NCBI GenBank assembly: GCA_964304625.1
Contig: OZ199840.1
Span: 6,553,640-6,575,234 of the forward strand
Length of the DNA stretch: 21,595 bases
Direction: 5' to 3'
DNA from: Kudoa neothunni
Taxonomy: Eukaryota > Animalia > Cnidaria
Part shown: piece after piece, positions 10,804-21,424 of the stretch
Position numbering within the stretch: position 1 is the stretch's first letter
Layout of the letters: the number at the start of each line of letters is the position of its first letter
Program-made: the position numbers and the translations under genes
The notes under the pieces: model-generated
What the model saw: the letters and a program-made list of their open reading frames with translations, nothing else
What the model was told of the DNA's origin: nothing
The model's database searches: none

Positions 10804-13338
10804 CCCTGACGTATAGTATTATTTTTTGATTGGAAAGGGAAGTCATACATAACATATTCTTTTTTAGAAAATTAAAAAAAAACTCCTTTATCACCGGATC
10901 AAAATAAAAAAACAAATAAACTGCTTGAAAAATATAATAATAGAATACGTCGTCTGGTTTCAACGACTTATTTTTCTGAATTTTAAGTTGATTCAACCAT
11001 AAAACAAATAGTTGAGTATCTTTTATTACTTAATTCAAGATGAAATACTTTTAATAAAATTAACAGAAATAATTTAGAGGCATTGGCTATTACCACGGGA
11101 ATCAATTTCTCTGTAATTATTACCTCTATTAAATAACTAATTTCACATTATTTATATTTTTCTCTATTAAATTATAAAAAATTAAGAAATTTGAGTTGGT
11201 TGTAAATTTATGGAAAATAGACGGCTAGTAGCATAAATGTTGGCGAGTTTAATAGACTAAAACAATATTAACTTTGAATTAATACTGAAAATAAATCATT
11301 TCTAATTTATTGCTTTGAGCTATACATGTAAACATAACTCCGCGTGTTATACGAGCTTGGTTAAACTATAACGAGTGATTCGAATTTAGACAATTTCCAT
11401 GTTGGAATAAAATTTTATATTCAAGAGTATGAAAAATGTCATTTTGTGAATCTAAAAATTCGAGATTCAAGTAGAATTGACTCAGTGCAAAACCGGGTTA
11501 AGCGAAATATTAGAAACACGCTAGTGTATTACGAAATAACTTACGTGTGCTACTTTGGAGCCCTTTACCGAAATAGAGGTAAAGGCGAATGCAAAAGATT
11601 CTCTTAAGGGAGATTTCCCATTTAAGGTTACGTTAAGAGTGACTATAGATGGAAATTTCCTGGAGAATAGATCTTCTAACACTACCCATAACCATCCAAA
11701 TGATCCATGGATCTATGAAAACTTACCCAATCAGAGGAAGTTAAACCAATGTGATGGCTATTTGTCGGAACTTCTTTCTCTTGGAGAAAACAAAAAGCTC
11801 ATACAAGCCAAGATAAATGACGAGACAGACAAGAATATACCTTTGAAAACTACCCACAACATTATAAAATCCTCCTAAGTCGGATCGGATAACATTGCAT
11901 TAGTTGTAAAAATTTTAAAGAATCAATGCAACTGCAAAGTGAGCGTTTTATCAGATGATAATAAAAATGTTTGTGGAATCTTTTCCAAGGATAAGCAGAT
12001 GTCCAACATAATTAATTTCTTTCCGAAGCTACCCATGCTTGATGCAACTTATAAACTGCTAGACTCACGGTAACCTTTGGAGGTTTTCTCTATTTGGTTG
12101 TTTTCTCAATTTATTAGTGCGCCATTGTATCCGTCTGTTGCAGAAGACTCGGTTGGTGAAACCCACATAACCAGCGGTTGCATCTTGTATGATGAAACGG
12201 CGGAGTCAATTAAATGTTATATTTCTCAATTAATAAGAATGATGCCGAACATGACTCAAAATATCCGAACGATCATTACTGACAAGCACCACACTCTAAG
12301 AAAGTGTTTGAAAGAATTATTTCCAAACTCCAATCTAATGATCTGCATATTTCATGTTTCTCAAAGTTTCAGACGTGAAATAACTATGTCGAAATACGGT
12401 ATCACTCGAGAGAAAAGGGACCAATTGCTTGAAACTCTTAATAAAATTATCTATTCGAAAAATAAACATGAATTCGATAAACTATGCAATAATCTTTTTC
12501 AACAAAGCAACGATAAGTTTATTAACTATTTTAAATCCAATTGGGAACCAATCGCTGATGAATGGGTCATAGGATTAAGTGAAGCACATCATTTCTATGA
12601 AAACTTGACCAATAATAAATTAGAAGCCATTAATGGTCAACTCATACAAACAATAAAGAAATTTTCTAGTCTCAATGATTTTTTCCACTGTTTCTTTGAC
12701 ACTCTCAAATCAATGAGAATAGAAAGAAAATACAATATAACCAAAATATTACTGAACCCAGTTAATTTTGATACCTCAAATGAAGTTCTAAACGCGTATT
12801 TTAATCATTTAAATCCACTTGCCTTCAATATAATCCACAAAGAAATTCAAAATTTTAACAAAAACACGAATACAGATAGTTTAACTATATCCATGAGATG
12901 TAATTGTTATAGTTACAGATCGTACCTCCTTCCATGTAGTCGTATTTTTAAAAAGAGAGCGTTTAACCTGCTTCCAATGTTCGATTCAAATCGATACCAC
13001 CCTAGATGGTCAAAAGATTACATGAGCCAATTGTTGGAAATTGGAACTATAAATATCACTCCAAATAAGAGAATTTCAATAAAGCTCAAAGGAATTTTTA
13101 ATTATCATGGAAAAAAACTTAAAAAAACTCTGTGATTTACACAAATAAGTTAGCAGCGTTGCCCGCTGAATATTGTGGGGAGTTTTATGATAGTTGCCTA
13201 TCACTATTCAACACAATAGAAAAAGCAATCAAGAACCACGACATCAAATTAATAAAACAAATAAATCAATTAGGTAACTTAATTTTTCTCGATTTATTTT
13301 TAGTAAATCGCACCATTGAAAACTCTGAGGCTATAGAC

Positions 13339-14810
13339 CAGTGTTTCTCCACAAATTTTACACCCGTACCCCCATCCTAAGTTCCGCGTTCATTTCGCAC
13401 CCTCTCCTCCTCCATGTGAATGTCAAGACTCAATTATACTTTTTATTTAAATGTGAAAATAATAATACCAATGAAAAATGTCTTAAAATCATAATTTGTA
13501 TTTTTTTAGTTTATATTTTAACTTCAAAATTCCCCCAATTACTTCTAAAATAAATTAAAACTAAAATGTTTTGGTTAACTCAATTCGCTATGCATAATTG
13601 AAAAAGGATGAACATTATCTTTTCACTACTCATGACTAAACACTCAATGATTGGAGCTATTATTCATTCCAGCTTATATATATCATTTTTATGTAAAATA
13701 ATAAATAATTCTGATAAATTATGTTATTATAATTATTCCAAAATATTAGACGTAAAAAATAAATAAAAGAGTAATCTAAACTATAAAAAGTATGGTCGCT
13801 TAAATAAGTTCTGTTCTGTACTTAAAGGTGAAAATTAAATAAGCCAAACATGAATAGCCAATTCGTATTTTTCACAAGAAACGCTATTTCAAAATCAATT
13901 GTTATTTAGTATTTATTTTACCTGGGAACTCTCTTGCTCTCGTTGGGTTTCCAAAAGAAATTCAAAGCGTGGCACATTGTTGGTAAATGATACATGCAAA
14001 TCGTCTCTGAGGTTTAATGAATTCCATATTTATTATTTGTATATAATGAAGTCGATAAGCTTGTTTCATATGCTATCTTGTGATGAATAAATCTAACAAC
14101 TTCCTTATTCTATATTGAGTCATATGTCAACTTAAATTTAGAGGCAGTGGGTTAATAAAAATTCGATAGATTCAAAAAATATGCCTTCTAAATATACTTG
14201 AATAAAAATAACTAATATATATTATTAAAATTGGTATTCATTTATTTATGTGCATAAATGAATGCTTTGATCCTTGTTTTACCTATACTCTAAAGAACAA
14301 TTTAACTTAGATATATATCAGAGGCAGGGTACAAATTTGAAAATAAAACTTGAATAGTAATGTAATAGAAACTATGAAAATAAATGATTGATCTCATATT
14401 TAGACAGAAGACAAAATTAAAACTACAACGTGGTTTTATTTTTGTGAATATAGATTATTTCTAAATGGACAGAAATGTTGACAACCTAATTACAGCTTAA
14501 TCATATAAATTTGTTATTTTGGAAGATAACAACGTTACGATTTTACATGAAGATGGCAACAGTTAGATTTTGTACGCTGAACAGGTTTAATATAAACTAT
14601 TACCATATTGCGCTATTTCGTAGAATCAATTAAAATAAATTATCATATCCCATTTTTTTAATAGAAACTAATTGATATCAAAACAACCAGAAATATTATT
14701 GTACGCATTACGTCCTTACATGATTTAAACGGTTAGTAACGAAAATTACCAAGTGAATAAACTAATATTAATTTTTAAATGATTCCCGCACCCCTTGTAG
14801 GGAAATATTG
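13339..14810 (-). mobile_element. hAT (Charlie-like) deletion derivative, 1472 bp, inserted in the MULE-A transposase
   Basis: Left TIR CAGTGTTTCTCCACAA; right end TTGTAGGGAAATATTG (reverse complement CAATATTTCCCTACAA). Perfect 8-bp TSD CTATAGAC at 13331-13338 and 14811-14818. Removing the element restores NSEAID|EGGDITKEK. Subterminal CCCG(T/C)ACCCC motifs near both ends. Confidence 0.92.
13913..14100 (-). pseudogene. Remnant of a hAT transposase C-terminal dimerisation domain
   Basis: Minus strand, with frameshifts, reads F(I)T..YETSLSTSLYTNNKY-NSLNLRDDLHVSFTNNVPRFEFLLETQREQESS. This matches the Charlie/ZBED8-type pattern FxTTYLCExGFSxxxxIKTKYRNRLxxxxDLRxxLxxxxPRxxxLxxxxQ. Confidence 0.7.
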
Positions 14811-15316
14811 CTATAGACGAAGGTGGAGATATAACTAAGGAAAAGGTATATGACGATTAACTAAAATACTTTACTCCTATCTAAATTACAAAAAATAGAT
14901 GTTAATGAGAATATTTTTAATTCTGAAATAATTGTTGAGGATATTGGTAATTGTATTGTTCCACAAGGTGGGAAGATTATCAAGAATATTATTATTGATA
15001 ATATTTCAAATGAAAATGCTCCCAAGATCCAAACGGTTGTGCCTAAAGTTCAATTAACACCTACTTTAGATATGATCGAGCATGATGGTACTATCACTCC
15101 TTTTCTTTTTTAAATTATTTTAGCCTTAAAAATTTCCTCTCGAATGAAGCCTGTTGGGAGGCCAAAGGGATACGTTTTACCCATTATTAGTTACAAAAAG
15201 AAAACTAAGTTTTCTTAGATCTCTCATTATTTATTTGACTAGGACAGACATTGTTCATCGTGTTGTATTCATCTAATTTCTGAAAAATGACCTAATTATA
15301 ATTAGTATTCTCAAAA

Positions 15317-18299
15317 GGCTGTGTCTATTTTGCCGGACGCGCTTTTTCTCTTAAAATAATAATTCAATCGCTACAATTTTTTCCAAAAAATATCTTATAA
15401 ATGCGGAATATAAATTTAGTTTCATTCATTCAGTGACGAATTTTAACATAGCTAATTTGTATCCATAATATCCAAATGAAAATACAGTAAAGTAAAACTA
15501 TTTGGCCAATTCGTATTTAAAACTTTTATAATTAGGTAAATGTTTTTATCAGTTGATTGATACACCACTAAAATTTAATAAAATGTTGAGTATTCTACTT
15601 TAAATAATAAATGTTTGGAATTATCTTGTATTGCAATGCCAAATAATTGGGACTGTTTAACTTCCACATAAAATTATACTTGAATATGATATGTCGATAT
15701 TGGTGTTGTTATTATTACTACTATCATCATTACCATAATCATAATTTTCTTTTTTTTCTTAAACCAATAACTGTTTGAAATACACCTTTTGGTCTACCTC
15801 TCAATTTCACTACTGTTGGCAGCTTAATTCCTATAATTTTATGAATTTAGCAAAATGGACAAAAGATACACACCCTTCAAAGATGGATTTTTAGTTGTGG
15901 TATCATCTACAATATTCGGGATCTCCATATCAATTATTGATGATGGAACATTATCATTAACTGCTTCTAGTATATCCTCATTCTCTAATCGTGATTCCTC
16001 AGTAACTAAACACGAAATAAAAATTCTACTAAAGACAATATCATTAATTACATGTTGGGATTGAAATCTCTTGATTGTTTATGATGACAGATTCAGACAT
16101 TAACTTGAACTAAATTAAGTTGATATATGAATAGTGGAAAAAATAGTCACCTTATCCAGAGAATCCCCATTGGAAATAAGAGAGATTAATTCACCTAAAA
16201 TCTTTTTTAATGAATCATATTGACTCCCTGTTTTTTCAGACCCTAGCGAAGCTATTTTCTTACAAAGAATTTCTAGCTCCCTGTATCGCTTAAAAGCAGA
16301 ATTCGGAACAGGGCACTGACTCGAAATTTCTGTAATACTTGGTTGCACACAACACGAAGGATTTTGAAGATATAAATTCATGTTCATTATTTTTCTAGCG
16401 TAAATAATATGCCTACATGGTAACTCCATACTTACGTAGAAACAACATATACAACTATTGGGATCAGGATTGGCATAGGATTCGATATGATTATTTATTC
16501 CATCCTGCATAATATTATACGCATATGAAGTCAACAATGTTTTATATTGTTCGTTAATGTCTGAATTTAATTTCTAAACAGTTTGGGTTGTCCACTCTCT
16601 AACTGCTTTACTCTCACGCTCAGTCCTCATACTTGATAAATAAATAAGCAGATCGCTGAAAAAGACTTCAATTGTTGAGAATTTTTTTATGATTTGTTTA
16701 ATTTTGGAATTTATGCATTCTAATCGATTATTTGTTCTATTTAAAAAAGTACCCTTTAGGTTCATATATGCCGGGCACCATTCATGTTTGATTGGATCCC
16801 AAGATTTATTATAATAAGTAATGATTTTTTTGTTACATGTCTTATTTAACAATTCATGGTAATTTTCATAAATTTTTGGATCATTGGTATAGCAAAGCTT
16901 TTGAATCAACTCTAAGGCAGTTTTTCTTTCGGCTTTGTTTATTCCCATTCTTAATGTAGAGATTTCTCTCCCAAATGTTCTTAAGACATGGTACAGGCAT
17001 AAGTTTGTACTTACGTTAGGAAATATAGATCTTATGGAGTTTCTTTCAATCATGTCTTTATCCGTAATAAAACAAACTGTTTTGGTTGACATTTCCTCGT
17101 TATGTTTAAGTAGAGATTGACATAACCAGGTAACAGTCACGGTACTCTCCTCAGATAAAAGAGCAATAGCTCCTATTTGACTTTGCCCAAAGGAATCAAT
17201 AAATAGACATATATACAATGGCATACGATTATTGATTAATTTATAAGTGGCATCCATAAATACTAGTTCGGGAAATTTTTTAATAACGTTTTTCATATAA
17301 AGGTCTTGGAAAAATATTCCAGTCATTTCATTGGAGTTATTGTGCAATATTTCGATAGTTGCATTTGGGTGAGAATTTTTTATTGAATTAAACAATTCTG
17401 AAATATCCGACGAAACATTTTTTTGTGATTGGTTCATGATTTCTACTTGTACTCTTTTTAAATTTCCATCATAAAAATGAACATTTTTTATAAGATTCTT
17501 GCTTTCTTCATCTAATTTTCTATTCATTGGTAAAAAATCCCTAAAATGCTCATTTCTGTTGCAGCTGTGAGTAAGATCCAATTTTCTAATAACTAACATA
17601 TTCATGTTTTTAGGAACTCGCAGTGTAATGAAGAAATTGCAACCACTTTTATGGCTGTTGATTTTTCTCTTCCCAGCACTTTTAGATTGTATCTGAATTC
17701 AAATTAATTACATCAATTTTTATATAGATAATTACATTTTTACCACCATGAACACAACAAAAAGTGGCTTCATAATAAACAAGATCAGAGTTCATGTCTC
17801 TATCAAATTTTTTTAGGGCAGTTGAGATTTTTCTAGAGTCTCGGATCCAGTAACAAAAGTTGTTCCGCTTTGAGTACTTATCCATGAATTCTTTAGCCTT
17901 TTCAAAGTTTGTAAATGCATTTCCGACCATAGGTTCAGATGTAATATCCTGAATTAGTAGTGTTTGATCAGACTCTCCTTCCATAGTGATTCTACTCGTG
18001 ACTATCAAAGTTACAACCGCACGCTAGAGGGTATTTTACTCGTTTATGCTGTTATAACACATAAAATTAGATTAATTATATAAATAATACAGATTTATAA
18101 AAATTTAATGTCATTTATAATGATACTTATGAATGAGTTTAAAATATCCTCGATGTATTTTGATACCTAATTATTAATTAAAAGATAAATGAAACCAAAT
18201 TTATATTCTGCATTCATAAAAGATATTTTTAGGAAAAAATTGTAGTGATTGAATTATTATTTTAAGAGAAAAAGCGCGTCCGGCAAAATAGACACTGCC
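15317..18299 (-). mobile_element. Young, structurally complete Mutator-like element (MULE-B, 2983 bp) nested in MULE-A
   Basis: TIRs of about 110 bp at 15317-15426 and 18188-18299 (GGC(T/A)GTGTCTATTTTGCCGGACGCGC...), with 3 mismatches in the first ~80 nt. Perfect 9-bp TSD TTCTCAAAA at 15308-15316 and 18300-18308. Confidence 0.96.
15739..17984 (-). pseudogene. MULE-B transposase. Exons 17984-17736, 17692-16151, 16109-16052, 16005-15874, 15830-15739; about 690 codons with one in-frame TAG
   Basis: Four GT-AG introns (43, 41, 46, 43 bp) join into one frame. Zn finger: CVHGGKN|IQ...GC...HSC. DDE core: FMDATYK, FITDKD, CLYH, TNNRLE. SWIM: CICC..MELPCRH. C-terminus: RGRPKG and basic tail RKKRKL*. 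The only visible lesion is TAG at 16574-16576. Confidence 0.9.
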
Positions 18300-18884
18300 T
18301 TCTCAAAATTCTTGTCTATATTGAAACCTAAAGCAGAAAATTCACATCATTTCTGTGAAATTTAGTGAGCATATTTTATCTTGAAGTTCATAATTTAAGA
18401 ATAGAATACAATAAATCATATAATTTGAATATTGTAAAGATTGGAAATAAATTAAATTACACGAGTTGGAATACATCATGTGGGAGCGCGCGCTTCTAGA
18501 GTAATGTCAGACTTATACAAACACACCCAAAATTCTTCAACTTTAACCTTATTGTTGGCAGAAAATGATATAATACAATTTTGATTGTGTTTTAAACTAA
18601 GATTTAGAAATTATTCATTTAAATATGGAAAACAATCAATCAAATAAACAATATAAATATGTAAAAAAAGATGTTCGCAATTGTTACCTAATTCTATAAT
18701 TTGATAGAGAAAAGTATAAATGTTAATAATGTGTAATTAGTTATTTAATAGAGATAATAATTGCAGAGTAATTGATTCCCCCAGTAATAACCAGTGCCAG
18801 TCTAATTCGCATGTGCCACGAATAAGCCATCGTTGGTAGGTGCGAATCTGCTTTCCAGCGATTTTTAATATAACAAATAATTAA

Positions 18885-20318
18885 ATGAAAATTTTGTTTT
18901 TTGGATCGGACAAATTTAGCAGTATTGTATTGGATAATTTAATCAATCGTATGAAAGCATTATCTCCCCATGTGGTTGCTGATATTGATGTGTGTTTGTC
19001 GAACGTATTATGTGGTCGGAAAGTACGCTATAACGCGTTTTGAGATTGATCTTAAAATTTTAATAGAACAAAATTAATGTGCTTATTGATTTCGTACGCC
19101 AAAAGAATTTGAATGTAGTTACTTGGCCAATGTTGATTTCAAGTATTGAAAATCATCATGTCATCCCAAAAAATTATGAAAGCACCCCCAAAATAAGGCA
19201 TATAAACTCTTTTTTCGCGAATTATAATTCCATTAAGAGAGGTGTGTAAGCATGGTGGTGATTTTTCCATCCGGAATTATGATTTTGGAGTTGTTGCTTC
19301 CTTTGGAAAAATGATACCCGATGGAATTATCAATATGTTCAAAAAGTAGCCACTACTTTACAGTCCATAATCATCAAATAACTTGTAGAAATATGTTGAA
19401 TGTTCATCCATCTATGCTCCCGCAGTATCGTGGAGCATCTCCGTTACATTATGCCCTCCTCAACGGAGACAACTACGGTGGTGTCACTATTACAAACGTA
19501 TCTCCAAAAAAGTACTCCAAAGTTGATATTTAGCATTAGTTGAATTATTATTGCAGAATGGATTGTGGGAAAATTTATCTACAAAGAAAAATCCACGTGA
19601 ATTGTTATATTTTGAGTTGGTAAACACAATCAGATAGATTCCAACGAGTTACACATTTAACGAATTTAGAGATCATGCAGCTACTGTTGGTGGTTATGCT
19701 GTAAATGTGTTGTTATTTGACATCCTAGTGTAAATTCTAGCTATGTGTAGCTCGCAGAAGTGTTGGTCAACTACAACAGTGTGTATAATAAGCAAGCTGT
19801 ATCTCAAGACAAGAATAAATGTCCGTACAAAAATTTAATTGTGTGCAAGAAAATTCGTCCTAAACAAACTTTTGTATGTTGGGAAAGCGAAGATGCAACT
19901 GCAATTTTTAATAAATATCGGGCTTTCAAAGAGAATGTAACTTTCGTACTTGGTTCTGTTCCCTATACCCGCTAATAGTTCAATGTTAAATCGTACTTCC
20001 AAGGTAAGATGGTTTCGTTTTTTGGAGTATTGATTGAATCTTCCTCTCCCAAATCTCTTGGTGTAACTCCAGGAGATTTCACTATAAATCATCTGAAATC
20101 AAAAATTTTTATTCGTTGTAAAGTATCGTTTATTAATTTGGTCATTTTCTTGTTTGTATTGTTGTTTTATTGTTAATATGTGTATATAGGATTCGGAAAT
20201 AATTAGCGTATCCTACCTGCGAGTGAATGAGAAAAAACAACTGCTTTCTGCTAAAGAATTTTATACTGGTTATGTTCGTAGTTTTAGGGACTGCCATTTT
20301 TCATCTGAAAAATGTTGA
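18885..20318 (+). CDS. MTFMT: Methionyl-tRNA formyltransferase (mitochondrial-type Fmt). Exons 18885-19022, 19067-19197(?), 19238-19345, 19389-19511, 19557-19596, 19638-19700, 19751-19936, 19979-20122, 20190-20318; about 353 aa
   Basis: Motifs [27 protein letters not shown], catalytic [41 protein letters not shown]|D and [10 protein letters not shown] are colinear with animal MTFMT as recalled. Introns are 40-67 bp. The donor of intron 2 is ambiguous. AATAAA at 20359-20364. Confidence 0.92.
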
Positions 20319-20574
20319 TATGTTAAATTTTTGTTTTAAAATGCTCTCTATTTGTTCTAATAAAATATATCTCTAAGGAGATAACGTTTGCCGAGATATT
20401 AGTTGATCGAATTAATGCCTTATGTTTATTTTTGTAACACTACTGGAATTAGGACAAATAACGGTAAAATTTTAGCTTGGAGGGTAAAGCTTTATCAAAT
20501 ATCATAGAAAATAATCAAATATAAATGAAGTAATAGGTACGTTTTTATAAAAAATACTTAGGAAATATAAGATA

Positions 20575-21424
20575 CTAGCTTGAACTGCCCAGCGTTGCTT
20601 GGGGAAGATTTCGCCTAGAGGCATTGTTTAATAGCATTCAAAAAATATATTGAAACCTCGAATTAACCCATAGAAACAAAATAACTAACAATTTTTAAGC
20701 AACTTACTATAATGATTTGGATTATGCAATTTAAATTATGATAATTTCTGTGAAGGAAAGTATCAATCCCTGCATCCATTTAAAATTTTCGTGGCTCGGT
20801 ATCAACGCTAAATAAGTTGAGGTCAGCGTTGTACTTTTTTCATTCCGAATTATTTAAATCCCGTTAAAGTGTTATCTAAAACGTTATTTTTTGGCCCGGA
20901 GGATTTTTAAAAGTCGAATTCTGGCCTGGCTCGGTAACTGGGTGCACCACTAACTTTTTAAGAGATAAACAAATAGAAAAAATAAAAGAGATAGAAGAAA
21001 ACTTATGGAAATTAATCGATATTGCTAAAATTAGCATCGTTTAGCTCGGCATAAACATACATGCGCTTTTATCATAAACAGCCACAAATTGCGTCGATTT
21101 CAACATAAACAATTTAAATAATTTGGTGAAACAAAAGTACAACCATCCACATTGAATTTAATCACATAAAGTAAAACTTAGCGGACAATTTAATGAAACC
21201 TATGAACGCAGTATTTCCATTATAACGCTTCAATCAACGTAACTTTAACGTTCTCCACAAATTCGTTATTTATGAAACATATATAGATTTTTTATCACAT
21301 TGAAAACCATTAATAGAACTTATAAAATATACTTATCAAGTCATATACATTAAAACTCCGCAAATAAGGAGTGCGTTTAAATAGACACCAAAATAGAAAC
21401 GCCAACCTTATATATAAAGATAGA
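20575..21424 (-). mobile_element. Non-autonomous Helitron (about 850 bp)
   Basis: Minus-strand 5' end A|TCTATCTTTATATATAAG (end at 21424, or 21420) and 3' end CTAG|T at 20575. GC-rich hairpin CCCAGC-GTT-GCTTGGG (20588-20603) lies about 9 nt from the CTAG. No TSD, as expected for Helitrons. Confidence 0.75.

Larger units (their letters stand above)
11368..15218 (+). pseudogene. MULE-A transposase pseudogene (N-terminal Zn finger + MULE DDE + SWIM), intron-containing and interrupted by a hAT insertion
   Basis: N-terminal domain: IRDSSRI...LVYYEITYVC...HNH. Catalytic motifs: LDATYK, IITDK, CIFH, LTNNKLE. Degenerate SWIM: CNC...LLPCSR. C-terminus: VGRPKG..KKK. Putative introns 12070-12117 (restores DATYKLLDSR|APLY), 13274-13303, 14846-14898 and 15088-15123. 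Lesions: no clear ATG, a frameshift near 11590, a stop at 11876-11878, and frameshifts near 13120 and 14850-14970. Confidence 0.85.
11079..18798 (+). mobile_element. Old Mutator-like element (MULE-A), host of two nested insertions
   Basis: TIRs of about 105-110 bp: 11079-~11186 (GGCATTGGCTATTACCACGGGAATCAATTTCTCTG...) and ~18688-18798 (reverse complement GGCACTGGTTATTACTGGGGGAATCAATTACTCTG...), with 9 mismatches in the first 74 nt. They enclose a MULE transposase. No recognisable TSD. Confidence 0.85.

Noticed and set aside
13341-14090. Plus-strand ORFs 13341-13553 and 13899-14090
   Set aside because: They lie inside the hAT insertion. The real coding remnant is on the minus strand.
16935-17120. 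Plus-strand 61-aa ORF (also 15855-16064 +)
   Set aside because: Antisense shadows of MULE-B transposase exons; no recognisable motifs.
19835-20092. Minus-strand 85-aa ORF
   Set aside because: Antisense to MTFMT exons 7-8; no independent support.
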